The notes under the pieces are model-generated. The model made no database searches, was not told the origin of the DNA, and saw only the letters and a program-made list of their open reading frames with translations. Shown one piece after another: positions 38,158-47,349 of a stretch of 64,000 nt of DNA. Made by a program: the position numbers and the translations under genes. Location: contig CP170459.1 in the NCBI GenBank assembly GCA_047947115.1, forward strand, positions 1,408,001-1,472,000, given 5' to 3'. How positions within the stretch are numbered: the first letter of the stretch is position 1; every line of letters begins with the position of its first letter. The DNA is from Verrucomicrobiota bacterium (GTDB lineage: Bacteria > Verrucomicrobiota > Verrucomicrobiia > Limisphaerales > AAA164-E04).

Positions 38158-39738
38158 CCCGGATATTTCATCAAAACCAGAAATACCCACAAATTGGTTT
38201 TCATTGTAGCTCAAGGTTGAGTTTGGAGAGGTCAGACGCACCTTTTTAAGGTTCTTTTCGAATTGAGGATACACTCCCCCAATCCCCCATTGTTTTTCGA
38301 CGTGCCGGGGCAGCACTCTGGGCATGTTATCCTGTGTTCAGTTTGGCGTGAACATGTGCAAAGAGTTTTTGATAGGGGTATGCCTGACTCATCAATAATC
38401 GAATGCGTCTTGTGTTTTTCAGGACGATGGTTCCAATTTTGAACAGTTTCAGTCGGATGGTGCTGACCTGGGCTCGAGCCATTTCACTTCCTTTCAATCC
38501 AACTCGGCGGATGGTTTCCATCAGCACATAGGCAGCACTGCTGAGCAGGAGTCGAAACTGATTGCTCCACCATTTATGACAACTGGTTCGGTCGGCGAAT
38601 AATCCAAGCTGTTGTTCCTTGATGCGGTTTTCCATTTCTCCCCGAGCACAATAAATCTTCTCGTAGATATGCTGGGCATTGCCCGAAAGGTTACTCACCA
38701 CAAATCTGGGATTGCTGCCCTGTCGATTATGTTCCGCTTTAATGATCACCATTCTTTCCTGATCCCAGGAATGTGCCTTGTATTGGAGACAGGCAAAGTG
38801 GCGTTGTTTTTCACCAGTCTGTTCAAAGAGAACAGCGGATTCTGAAATAAGGTTTTGTCCTTGTTCAAGCAATCGTGGGTTTTTGGCGATTCCAACAACA
38901 TACTTCACTTCATGACGTTCGCACCAACGCAACATTCTCCAACGACAAAACCCGGAGTCTCCCCGGAAGATGATGCGTACTTTGGGCCATTTTTGGCGCA
39001 GGCGTTGAACTAGCAATTTGAGAATGGCCCATGCATGACGTGCAGGATCAATATTGCTTGGGCGTAGATAACTGACCAAGAGTTGCTCGCCACAAAAGAC
39101 ATAAAGAGGAAGGAAACACCAGCAATCGTAATACCCGTGAAAACTGCGTCTCTCCTGGCCGCCATGAACTCGATCATCAGTTGCGTCAAAATCCAGAATC
39201 AGTTCTTCCGGAGCTTTTTTGAAAGAGTTGATAAAAGTTTCAATCAAGACTTTCGAAAAATCCATCGCTGTTTGGCGATCTGCCCGAGCTTCAAAGCGAC
39301 ACAAAGTAGGACTGCTGGCAAGCGAATCAGAACGTTCCACAGCACTTTGAATGAGTGGATCCTTTCGGAGGCAATCGTGATCGTTGAGATCTTCGTATCC
39401 CAAGGCCAGGCCGTAAATGCGTTGACGCAACAAATCGAGAGTGGAATGAGCCGTCCGGCCAGATTGACGAGGATCGGTCATCACCTTGGAAATTGATTTG
39501 GTAAGACCAAGTAACCGATCAGCCTGCCTTAAAAACAAAGCACCACCGTCCGAGGAAATGTGACCACCGCTGAAAGAAGCCTCAATTTTTCGTCGTTCAA
39601 GGCTTGGAAACTCAAAAGAAATCTGGTTACACTTTGTCATTAGCGGAGTTTTTACTGGTTTTTGTTTCAACACCAACAACCATATGGGATTATCCCAAAA
39701 ACTTCGCTAATTTTTTTTAATTTAATGAAATATCCGGG
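38158..39738 (-). mobile_element. IS1380-family insertion sequence (1581 bp)
   Basis: Terminal IRs CCCGGATATTTCAT(C/T)AAAA (18/19 match); TTAG direct repeats at 38154-38157 and 39739-39742. Confidence 0.93.
38327..39640 (-). CDS. IS1380-family DDE transposase
   Basis: FSGGHISSDGG, GYEDLNDHD, LDFDATD, RGDSGF, YCARGEMENRIKE. Confidence 0.95.
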   Translation of the reverse strand: MTKCNQISFEFPSLERRKIEASFSGGHISSDGGALFLRQADRLLGLTKSISKVMTDPRQSGRTAHSTLDLLRQRIYGLALGYEDLNDHDCLRKDPLIQSAVERSDSLASSPTLCRFEARADRQTAMDFSKVLIETFINSFKKAPEELILDFDATDDRVHGGQERRSFHGYYDCWCFLPLYVFCGEQLLVSYLRPSNIDPARHAWAILKLLVQRLRQKWPKVRIIFRGDSGFCRWRMLRWCERHEVKYVVGIAKNPRLLEQGQNLISESAVLFEQTGEKQRHFACLQYKAHSWDQERMVIIKAEHNRQGSNPRFVVSNLSGNAQHIYEKIYCARGEMENRIKEQQLGLFADRTSCHKWWSNQFRLLLSSAAYVLMETIRRVGLKGSEMARAQVSTIRLKLFKIGTIVLKNTRRIRLLMSQAYPYQKLFAHVHAKLNTG

Positions 39739-39883
39739 TTAGTTCACCGGGAATGTCGAATGGTATGGAATACGGATTCATAGATTGGCAGTAGTCTCCC
39801 TTCCTATGACCGAAAACTCAATGTGTTTTTTAGACTGGATATACAGGATGAACAGGATCAGCCAAAACGCGTGGAGTCAATGC

Positions 39884-41296
39884 TTATCGATCCAATCCCA
39901 GAAACGCTTCTGCGTTGTTATAGCAGATGTTGCGGATCATTGGGCTGACCAGATTGTCGTCATTGGGGATTTCACCGTTTTCCATGTCTGTGCCAATGAG
40001 GTTGCAAAGGACGCGTCGGAAGTATTCGTGTCGCGGATAGGACATGAAGGATCGGGAATCCGTCACCATACCCACGAATCGGGATAGAAGCCCCAGATTG
40101 GACAAAGCGTTCATTTGCCATTCCATGGCTTCCTTTTGATCGAGGAACCACCATCCTGAACCCAGTTGGATTTTACCGGGAATGGTGCCGTCCTGAAAAT
40201 TGCCGATCATGGTGGCGAAAAGGTAATTGTCCGCGGGATTCAGGTTGTAGAGAATGGTTTTCGGCAGTTTGTTGTGGGTGTCGAGACGATCCAGGAAGGC
40301 GGACAGGGTGACGCCTTGGGGAAGATCGCCGATCGAATCGAATCCGGTGTCCGGTCCAAGAGCCGAAAGCAGACGGCGGTTGTTGTTGCGCAACGCTCCG
40401 ATGTGCATCTGCATGGTCCATCCTTTTTCGGCGTATCGTTCTCCAAGGTGACCCAGAACAAAAGTTGTGAATTGTTGCTGTGCTTCCGGGCTGGCACCGC
40501 GTCCGGCGCGGGCACTGTCAAAAATGGATGACACCTCTTGTTCACTGCTGAAACTGGCCGGGCATTGACCCAGTCCGTGATCCGACAGTCGGCAGCCTTG
40601 TTCATGAAAGAAATCCAGGCGATTATCCAGAGCTTCGATAAACTGGGTGAAATTGGAAATAGAGATGCCGCTTTGAGCTTCGAGTTTACCGACCCATGCA
40701 TTGAAGGCTTCCGGGTTGTCGACTCCGAACGATTTGTCTGGTCGCCATGTGGGCAAAACGTTTGTTTTGATACCGGAGGCTTTGATCGACTGGTGATGTT
40801 GTAAATCATCGGTCGGATCGTCCGTGGTGCAGACCGTTCGGACATCGAATTTCTTCAGGATGCCGTGTGTGGTCAGGTCATCACCGGCGAGTTGTTCCCG
40901 GGTTTGATTCCAGATGCGTTCGGCGCTGTCTTCGTTCAACAGTTCGGTGATGCCGAAATAGCGTGCCAATTCAAGATGCGTCCAGTGGTAAAGCGGGTTC
41001 CTCAGGGTGTGAGGGACCGTGGCCGCCCAGGCCTTGAATTTTTCGAACGGTTCAGCGTCACCGGTGCAGTATTTTTCAGCGGCACCGTTCGAGCGCATGG
41101 CGCGCCATTTGTAATGGTCGCCTTCCAGCCAGATTTCAAAGAGGTTGTTGAATCGACGATTGTTCGCGATGTCTTCGGGTGGCAGGTGGCAATGGAAATC
41201 AAATATGGGCGCCGGCTCGGCGAAGGCATGGTAAATGCGGCGGGCGGATTCGTTATGCAGGATGAAGTCTTCGTGAATAAAGGTGTTGTGACTCAT
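39884..41296 (-). CDS. uxaC: Glucuronate (uronate) isomerase
   Basis: DFHCHL, GDHYKWRAMR, GSGWWFLDQ, TDSRSFMSYPRHEYFRR. Confidence 0.96.
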   Translation of the reverse strand: MSHNTFIHEDFILHNESARRIYHAFAEPAPIFDFHCHLPPEDIANNRRFNNLFEIWLEGDHYKWRAMRSNGAAEKYCTGDAEPFEKFKAWAATVPHTLRNPLYHWTHLELARYFGITELLNEDSAERIWNQTREQLAGDDLTTHGILKKFDVRTVCTTDDPTDDLQHHQSIKASGIKTNVLPTWRPDKSFGVDNPEAFNAWVGKLEAQSGISISNFTQFIEALDNRLDFFHEQGCRLSDHGLGQCPASFSSEQEVSSIFDSARAGRGASPEAQQQFTTFVLGHLGERYAEKGWTMQMHIGALRNNNRRLLSALGPDTGFDSIGDLPQGVTLSAFLDRLDTHNKLPKTILYNLNPADNYLFATMIGNFQDGTIPGKIQLGSGWWFLDQKEAMEWQMNALSNLGLLSRFVGMVTDSRSFMSYPRHEYFRRVLCNLIGTDMENGEIPNDDNLVSPMIRNICYNNAEAFLGLDR

Positions 41297-41312
41297 AAAA
41301 TTGTGATTCGAT

Positions 41313-42617
41313 TTAATTCATGCCAAATACGGTCGGCAGCCAGTTTGTCAGCGCGGGCACGAAGGTGACAAGCATCAAGGCCGCCAAAAGGGCGATAAAA
41401 AACGGAATGGCAGCCGGAGCGACCTTTGCGATGGTGGTTTTCCCCACACCACAGCCCACAAACAGACAGGTCCCGACCGGGGGGGTGCAGAGTCCAATGC
41501 AAAGGTTCGCGATGAGCATGATGCCAAAGTGAACGGGTGTCATCCCGAAATTCTGCGCCACCGGCCAGAAGATGGGGGTGAAGATCAATACCGCCGGGGT
41601 CATGTCCATGAACGTTCCCGCCACCAAAAGCAGTACATTGATCAGCAACAGAATGATGATGGGATTATCCGAAAGTCCGAGCATGAAACCCGATACCTGT
41701 TGAGGGATTTCCTCCAGCGTGAGAATCCAGGACATGGCCATCGAAGTGGCGATCAGTAGGAAGACCACAGCGGTGGTGATGCCTGTTTGAAGAAAGATGT
41801 TGGAAATGTCCTTCCAGGCTACCTCGCGATAGACCAGCACCGACAGCACAAAGGAATAGGCGACGGCGATGGCAGCTGCTTCGGTGGCGGTGAAGACGCC
41901 CTTCATGATTCCGCCCAGCACAATGAAAATCAGCAACAGACTTAAAAAGGCCCGACGAAAAGACGTCCAAATCGCACTCAAAGGCATGTTCTCTGCCGCT
42001 CCGTATCTGTGCTTTTTGCATAACAAGCCTGCTGCAATCATGAGCAGCAGACCAAACACCATGCCTGGTATAATCCCCGCGACAAATAAGGTGGCAATGG
42101 AAACCGCCCCACCCGAAATCAGAGCATAAACGATCATGATGTTACTGGGAGGAATTAAGAGTCCGGTGGTGGCCGAGGTGATCGTCAGCGCCACGCCGAA
42201 TTCGCGATTGTATCCTTTTCGTTGCATCTCAGGAATGATGAATCCCCCGATCGACGAAACCGCCGCCGTTGCGGAACCGCTGACCGCGCCGAACAACATG
42301 CAGGAAAGCACATTCACAAAAGCCAAACCACCAGGAAAACGACCGACCAAGGCGGTGGCCAGGTCGGTCAATCGACGTGCAATGCCGCCTTGTCCCATGA
42401 GGAGTCCGCTCAGAATAAAGAAGGGAATGGCAAGCAAAGAGAAACTATAAACACCGGTCGCCATGCGTTGAGCGATGGTCGCTGCAGCAATATCCATCGT
42501 GCCCATGGCCACTGCTGCTGTGACGAATGTGGATAGACAGATGGCAACTGCCACCGGCACGTTCAGCACCAGTAACACCACGAACAGCATTACCATTATG
42601 AAAGCTGGAGAGATCAT
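41313..42617 (-). CDS. TRAP transporter large permease (DctM)
   Basis: LLAIPFFIL, GAVSGSA, IPPS, FTATEA, TPPVG. Confidence 0.93.
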   Translation of the reverse strand: MISPAFIMVMLFVVLLVLNVPVAVAICLSTFVTAAVAMGTMDIAAATIAQRMATGVYSFSLLAIPFFILSGLLMGQGGIARRLTDLATALVGRFPGGLAFVNVLSCMLFGAVSGSATAAVSSIGGFIIPEMQRKGYNREFGVALTITSATTGLLIPPSNIMIVYALISGGAVSIATLFVAGIIPGMVFGLLLMIAAGLLCKKHRYGAAENMPLSAIWTSFRRAFLSLLLIFIVLGGIMKGVFTATEAAAIAVAYSFVLSVLVYREVAWKDISNIFLQTGITTAVVFLLIATSMAMSWILTLEEIPQQVSGFMLGLSDNPIIILLLINVLLLVAGTFMDMTPAVLIFTPIFWPVAQNFGMTPVHFGIMLIANLCIGLCTPPVGTCLFVGCGVGKTTIAKVAPAAIPFFIALLAALMLVTFVPALTNWLPTVFGMN

Positions 42618-43126
42618 TCCGACACCTCCCGGGGCACTTGGTTCAGCGCGCCGATTTTCTTAATCGCCGTTTCAATGGAAGTCAGTGCAATGACCAGTCC
42701 ACTCAAGGGCAGGGCCATGTAGACATGTCCCATCTTCACCAGAAGGGCGGGGGAAACCTGCTCGGTCAGCAATGTTAAGGTCACCAGTTTTGCGCCGCCC
42801 AGAAGGATTACTGTCACTGCGAACAGGCAAATAAGTCCCTGTACCAGTATTTCGCTGATCAGTCGCGGGCGGGGCTTGAGCTTGCCGACGAAATAATCCA
42901 CACCCAGGTGGTTGTTTCGGATAAATGCCACACTGGCCCCAATCATGGCGACCCAGATGATCAGGAGAGTGGCCAGTTCATCGGTCCAGGAGCTGGGATC
43001 ATTCAGCACGAAACGCGAGAACACCTGCCAGAGCACGTCCAGCACCAACCCTGCCACCAGAAGGATCAGGATCCATTCCAGCAACTTGACCATGCATTCC
43101 TTGATTTGAACGAGTATGTTTAACAT
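42614..43126 (-). CDS. TRAP transporter small permease (DctQ)
   Basis: QVFSRF..SWTDEL..HLGVD; 4 TM helices. Confidence 0.9.
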   Translation of the reverse strand: MLNILVQIKECMVKLLEWILILLVAGLVLDVLWQVFSRFVLNDPSSWTDELATLLIIWVAMIGASVAFIRNNHLGVDYFVGKLKPRPRLISEILVQGLICLFAVTVILLGGAKLVTLTLLTEQVSPALLVKMGHVYMALPLSGLVIALTSIETAIKKIGALNQVPREVSE

Positions 43127-43132
43127 GATGTT

Positions 43133-44131
43133 TTAATATTGTTCGAGGACAGCCTTCATCCATTTGCCGGCTTCGGTTCCTTTGAATGAATCGTGGAGTT
43201 CCTTCACCGCGTCCTGAAAAGGTTTTTTATCGGGACGAATGATTTCCACACCGCTCTCCTTGAGTTTGTCCATGGTTTCCTGAGTTTTTTGTTTCCATAG
43301 ATTCCGTTGGAAAGTGACAGATGAGTCGGCGGCATCCTGCAACCAACCGCGTTGCTCTTCGGTCAGGCGATCCCAGGTCTCAGTGCCGATCAGCACGATG
43401 TCGGGCACCATGGTGTGTTCGTCGAGTGAATAATACTTGCAGACTTCATAATGACGGGAAGTCAACAGGCTGGGCGGATTGTTTTCAGCGCCGTCAACGA
43501 CTCCCTGATCCAGGGCGGTGTAAAGTTCGCCAAATGCGATTGGTGTGGCTGAACCTCCCATGGCTTCAATCATGCGGATCGAGGTCTGGCTGTTTTGCAC
43601 GCGGATTTTCAGGCCTTTCAGATCGGCTGGAGATTGAATGGGTTTTTCCTTGGTGTAAAAACTGCGGCTTCCGGCATCGTAATAACAGAGACCACGTAGT
43701 TTCTTGTCCATGCCCAGTTGCATGAGTCGTTTGCCGATGTCCCCATTCAATACATTCCAGAAGTGTTCTTCGCTTCGGAAAACATAGGGAATCCCAAAAA
43801 CGCCCATGCCCGGAATAAAACCTTCGAGAGGCGAGGTGGAGGTCTTGACCAGATCAATCGCGCCCAGCTGGAGGAGTTCGATGGTTTCCCGTTCGGAACC
43901 CAGTTGGCTGCCGGGATAAATCTTGAGTTCCATCTGGCCTGCTGAGGCTTCCGTCAGTTGGGCGGCCATGTGTTCCATGGCGGCATGAACCGGATGGCTC
44001 GTGTCGAGTGTATGGGCCATGCGCAGCACCAAGCCGGACGATTGCTTACCGCAGCCGGTTGTCAAGGCGATGGTTGTCAGCACAACGAGGCTTGCAAATT
44101 TTCGTATGGATCCGGATCGCAAAATATTCAT
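43133..44131 (-). CDS. TRAP substrate-binding lipoprotein (DctP), probably uronate-binding
   Basis: Lipobox-like LTTGC, QLGSERE, DLKGLKIRV, VDGAENN; adjacent to uxaC. Confidence 0.9.
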   Translation of the reverse strand: MNILRSGSIRKFASLVVLTTIALTTGCGKQSSGLVLRMAHTLDTSHPVHAAMEHMAAQLTEASAGQMELKIYPGSQLGSERETIELLQLGAIDLVKTSTSPLEGFIPGMGVFGIPYVFRSEEHFWNVLNGDIGKRLMQLGMDKKLRGLCYYDAGSRSFYTKEKPIQSPADLKGLKIRVQNSQTSIRMIEAMGGSATPIAFGELYTALDQGVVDGAENNPPSLLTSRHYEVCKYYSLDEHTMVPDIVLIGTETWDRLTEEQRGWLQDAADSSVTFQRNLWKQKTQETMDKLKESGVEIIRPDKKPFQDAVKELHDSFKGTEAGKWMKAVLEQY

Positions 44132-44138
44132 GATTCAA

Positions 44139-44897
44139 TCAGGGTTTGCCTTTCAGGTGCCTGGCCAATTCTGGGATGTTCTTGCGCATTTCGTTTACTG
44201 CCAGGTCACACATGCGGGTGGCGCCCAGTGCGTTGAAATGGGTGTTGTCTTTGTGGCCGTCTGGAAAGCGCTCATACTCCCCGGGGCGCGTCCAGATGAA
44301 CAGTCCTTCCGAGCGTTCCTTGCCGAGTCGTGTCAGCAAATCACGGGAGGTGCGGGTCATTTCCAGCATCGGCAGGTTCATTTCTTTGGCCAGCTTTCGG
44401 ACGGCTTCCGGGTATTCGCCGTGCGTGGGTTGAAGTGTTCCATCTTCGTCAAAATTTCGACGCACCACCGGATTGGCCAGTATTGGATGCGCCCCGCGCT
44501 CGATGGTTTCGTTCGCAAAACGACGGAGGTTTTCTGTGTAGGTGGTAAAAGGATCGGTTTGACGGGCTTTATCCGGTTTCTCATCGTTGTGACCGAATTG
44601 TATGATCACCCAATCGCCGGGCTTGATCTTATTCAACACCACATCCCATCGTCCTTCATTCCGGAAACTTTTTGAACTGCGTCCATTGACCGCATGGTTG
44701 TCCACCACCACAGAGGATTGAAAATAAAGCGGGAGCAACTGACCCCAGCCCCGCTCGGGGTTTTCAGGGGTCACCGGTTTGTCTGCCATGGTTGAATCAC
44801 CGATCATGAATAAGGTGATCGGATCATGTGCCATCATCCCAAAGGGCCAAGCTGCACTCAACAAGACTAGCAGGATTGGGATTGAGCGGTATTTCAT
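44139..44897 (-). CDS. Rhamnogalacturonan/pectin acetylesterase (SGNH, CE12-like)
   Basis: IGDST, RGWGQ, GRSSKSF, QFGHNDEK, DNTHF. Confidence 0.88.
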   Translation of the reverse strand: MKYRSIPILLVLLSAAWPFGMMAHDPITLFMIGDSTMADKPVTPENPERGWGQLLPLYFQSSVVVDNHAVNGRSSKSFRNEGRWDVVLNKIKPGDWVIIQFGHNDEKPDKARQTDPFTTYTENLRRFANETIERGAHPILANPVVRRNFDEDGTLQPTHGEYPEAVRKLAKEMNLPMLEMTRTSRDLLTRLGKERSEGLFIWTRPGEYERFPDGHKDNTHFNALGATRMCDLAVNEMRKNIPELARHLKGKP

Positions 44898-44910
44898 GCT
44901 GTGATGATTC

Positions 44911-45141
44911 TCAAGGGCGTTCGACCACACGATTCGAAGCCTGACTGAGTTCGTTGGTACCCCGTTTAAGCTCCTTGCGGGAGGCTTCGTGCATAGCCTT
45001 GCGGATGGCTTCGGTGGATTTGATCTCCAAACTTTTCACGGTGCCATAGTCCATGATCTTAAATTCGGTGGAAGAAACGTCCCACACCTACACCCCCATC
45101 CAAAACAAAGAGGTAATGATAAAATTCAAAAACGATTCCAT
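44911..45141 (-). pseudogene. Remnant of a secreted GH28/pectate-lyase-superfamily beta-helix protein
   Basis: MESFLNFIITSLFWMGV*VWDVSSTEFKIMDYGTV...STEAIRKAMHEAS; in-frame TAG at 45088-45090; resembles the FxIxDYGA...TxAIxKA N-terminus. Confidence 0.5.
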
Positions 45142-45551
45142 GATATGCCTTATCAACCATTCGAACTCTCAAACATCAGCTCCCAGTGATCATGAAATGG
45201 GCAGCCCGGAGAGGGGGGGCCGTCCACAAGATGAAGCATTACGATGTTCAGGAATAGCACATGATTAAACGATGATTTTCAAGTATGGCAATGGAATTCG
45301 GCAGGAGCGTGCCTGAAACAATTCTTCCATCCCTTCAACGATGAGCCTGTGACGGAACCCTTGTAGACTAGTTGAAAGAAACCCATCAGCATGGGATTCC
45401 ATGCTCAGGGCCCGATTCCCCCACAAATTGAAGACACGGCACCCATCATTGACTGACGATCATCGCCCAGGAATGGGGTGATACAACCGCGGTCTGGTGG
45501 ATTCAGGCGCAATTTGAGCAAACGTGGTGCCAGAGATAGAGTCCGCCTCGT

Positions 45552-45971
45552 TTAATGCACATCCGCAATCAGTGTTTCATTGGAAGATGGTACCGCCTCG
45601 ATGAACGTTTGTTCCAGATTGTGAAGCAAAGTGGCCTTCTGAGGGTGTTCACCCAGCCAACTCACCACCCCAGAATCAATGTCATAGATGGCGCCCACAA
45701 TCTTGACGGCACCTTCCTTGGCCAATTGCAGGATTTCCGGGCTGCCTTTCAACAAATCCTTGATGGAATTCCACACATTCGACTTGATGGCTTCCATGAT
45801 CAATTGGTCCTGTGATTCCCCATGTTCGTTTTCCTTGGCTGAAATGACAGCCGGTGTGATGTTATCAACCAGAGAGGGAATGCACCCGTGGAGTTCTTCC
45901 TGATTGAACACCGCTGTGACAGCCCCACATCTGGTGTGACCCATGATCACCAGTAGCGGCGTATGCAAATG
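45552..45971 (-). pseudogene. Beta-carbonic anhydrase C-terminal fragment
   Basis: HLHTPLLVIMGHTRCGAV (HxxC) and VGAIYDIDSGVV present; N-terminal CxDxR absent. Confidence 0.8.
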
Positions 45972-46243
45972 GCTTTTTTATTTCCCTGGTCGGCGGCTTT
46001 GCTGATCCAGGATAATCCTTCATCGATGTTTTGAAGGGTGCCTATGCCATTCAGCAGTTCGTAACCCCACTGGTTTTGAGCGACCGGATCACCTTTGATA
46101 GCGAGTTCTTCCGTACTGGGGAGTTTCTCTTTGGACACCGATAATCCAGCAGGTCCACAGCCTGCCGTCCACGCCAACAAACCTGACACCAGGATTGAAT
46201 GAATCCATTTTGTATGCGTCTGGTTTGTATGTTGGGCGGTCAT
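45947..46243 (-). pseudogene. Sel1-repeat lipoprotein N-terminal fragment
   Basis: Signal ending TAGC; one Sel1 repeat GDPVAQNQWG...WISKAADQGNKKA; then runs out of frame into the CA fragment. Confidence 0.65.
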
Positions 46244-46244
46244 T

Positions 46245-46475
46245 TCACTTTACCATACAGGCCTCATCCGCTGAACGAATGGCTTGCTCGATCATCTGGA
46301 ATGCCGTGGGCATGGAGGCTTGAATCTGGTGCAGGTTTTCGGTGATTTGATGCACGGCGCCGGCATCTTGTTGCTCGATCAACTGGCGAAAGTGTTTGAT
46401 GAAGGCAGCACTCCTGCTGCGTTCGACTTCCTGGCTGAATGGTTTGAATTCCATGCGACTTACCAGATCGGTCAT
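46245..46475 (-). pseudogene. Helical protein fragment (unassigned)
   Basis: Short ORF abutting the Sel1 gene; weak resemblance to helical tails of signalling proteins. Confidence 0.3.
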
Positions 46476-46584
46476 GATGGAAAGTGCCTCTTGTTCGGGA
46501 GTGGTCGGTTCCGGTAGAAATCTGGAAGACTTGGAGGATTTCGAAGCTTCCGAGGATTATGCGGATGAAATGCTGAGCTGAGCG

Positions 46585-47349
46585 CTAGTTCCGCGCGGTT
46601 CTTCCAATCGTATCAGCTTCCATCTGGCAGTCCGTGCCAGAATACACTTCTCCAGCCCATTCGTCCACGTGGTCCAGCAGGGTTTCCTTGATTTTCCACA
46701 CCATGGTCATGGTCAATGCCACCGGCATGACGACCATGAAGACGACCAGCCAGGATCTGAAGGCTTCAATGGTTCGCAGAAAATAGTAGGCAGGCGCCGG
46801 GATGGATGGAGTGAACCAGAAGACATGGTAAACGATGACCAGGATGGCCATGAAACTGAGGATCCGGCGATTCAATCCCGTAAACAGCTCGGTATCGTGC
46901 TGTAATGTTTCGTTGGGAATCATGAATGCCAGCCTTCTGAGCACAAAATTGAGCTGGTAAAGGTAGGCCATGCCGCAAACAAACAACAAGCCCACACTCA
47001 GGCTGAAAAAAGGCATGTGCGGGAAGTCATGCCAGAAAAAAAGGAACGGTGTGAGGCCGATATTGATGGTTCCGATGAACAAGGCTCTGTCCACCGAAGC
47101 TGTCCAGATACGTTCCTGAGGCTGGAACCCGCCTATCTGTTTGATGCCAAACAACAGCATGCCGTTGGTCAGGAGTGGCAGCAGCATCCCGATTTCACGT
47201 GCGCGGTCGTAAAGATCGGAATGGGCTTCCGCCAGTAACGCAACCGGGAGGCCCCAGAAAAGGGCCGAAAGCCCACGGATCAGTTTCCCAACAGACTTGA
47301 GAATGGCCTTCTTTTGTATCAGATTCGACCTGGCTTTCGTGTCGATCAT
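46585..47349 (-). CDS. Hypothetical polytopic membrane protein
   Basis: About 6 TM segments; start overlaps the speA stop. Confidence 0.75.
   Translation of the reverse strand: MIDTKARSNLIQKKAILKSVGKLIRGLSALFWGLPVALLAEAHSDLYDRAREIGMLLPLLTNGMLLFGIKQIGGFQPQERIWTASVDRALFIGTINIGLTPFLFFWHDFPHMPFFSLSVGLLFVCGMAYLYQLNFVLRRLAFMIPNETLQHDTELFTGLNRRILSFMAILVIVYHVFWFTPSIPAPAYYFLRTIEAFRSWLVVFMVVMPVALTMTMVWKIKETLLDHVDEWAGEVYSGTDCQMEADTIGRTARN

Larger units (their letters stand above)
37813..39781 (-). pseudogene. Small hypothetical protein gene interrupted by IS1380
   Basis: Removing the IS and one TTAG copy restores MNPYSIPFDIPGELTESNGILTLVDEELRMEFQ...ALKDRL (~127 aa). Confidence 0.8.

Noticed and set aside
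33521..45141. Amber (TAG) recoding to explain in-frame stops at 33764 and 45088
   Set aside because: TAG ends normal genes here (enolase, sulfatase, rodA, fmt), RF1 is intact, and both remnants are truncated anyway.
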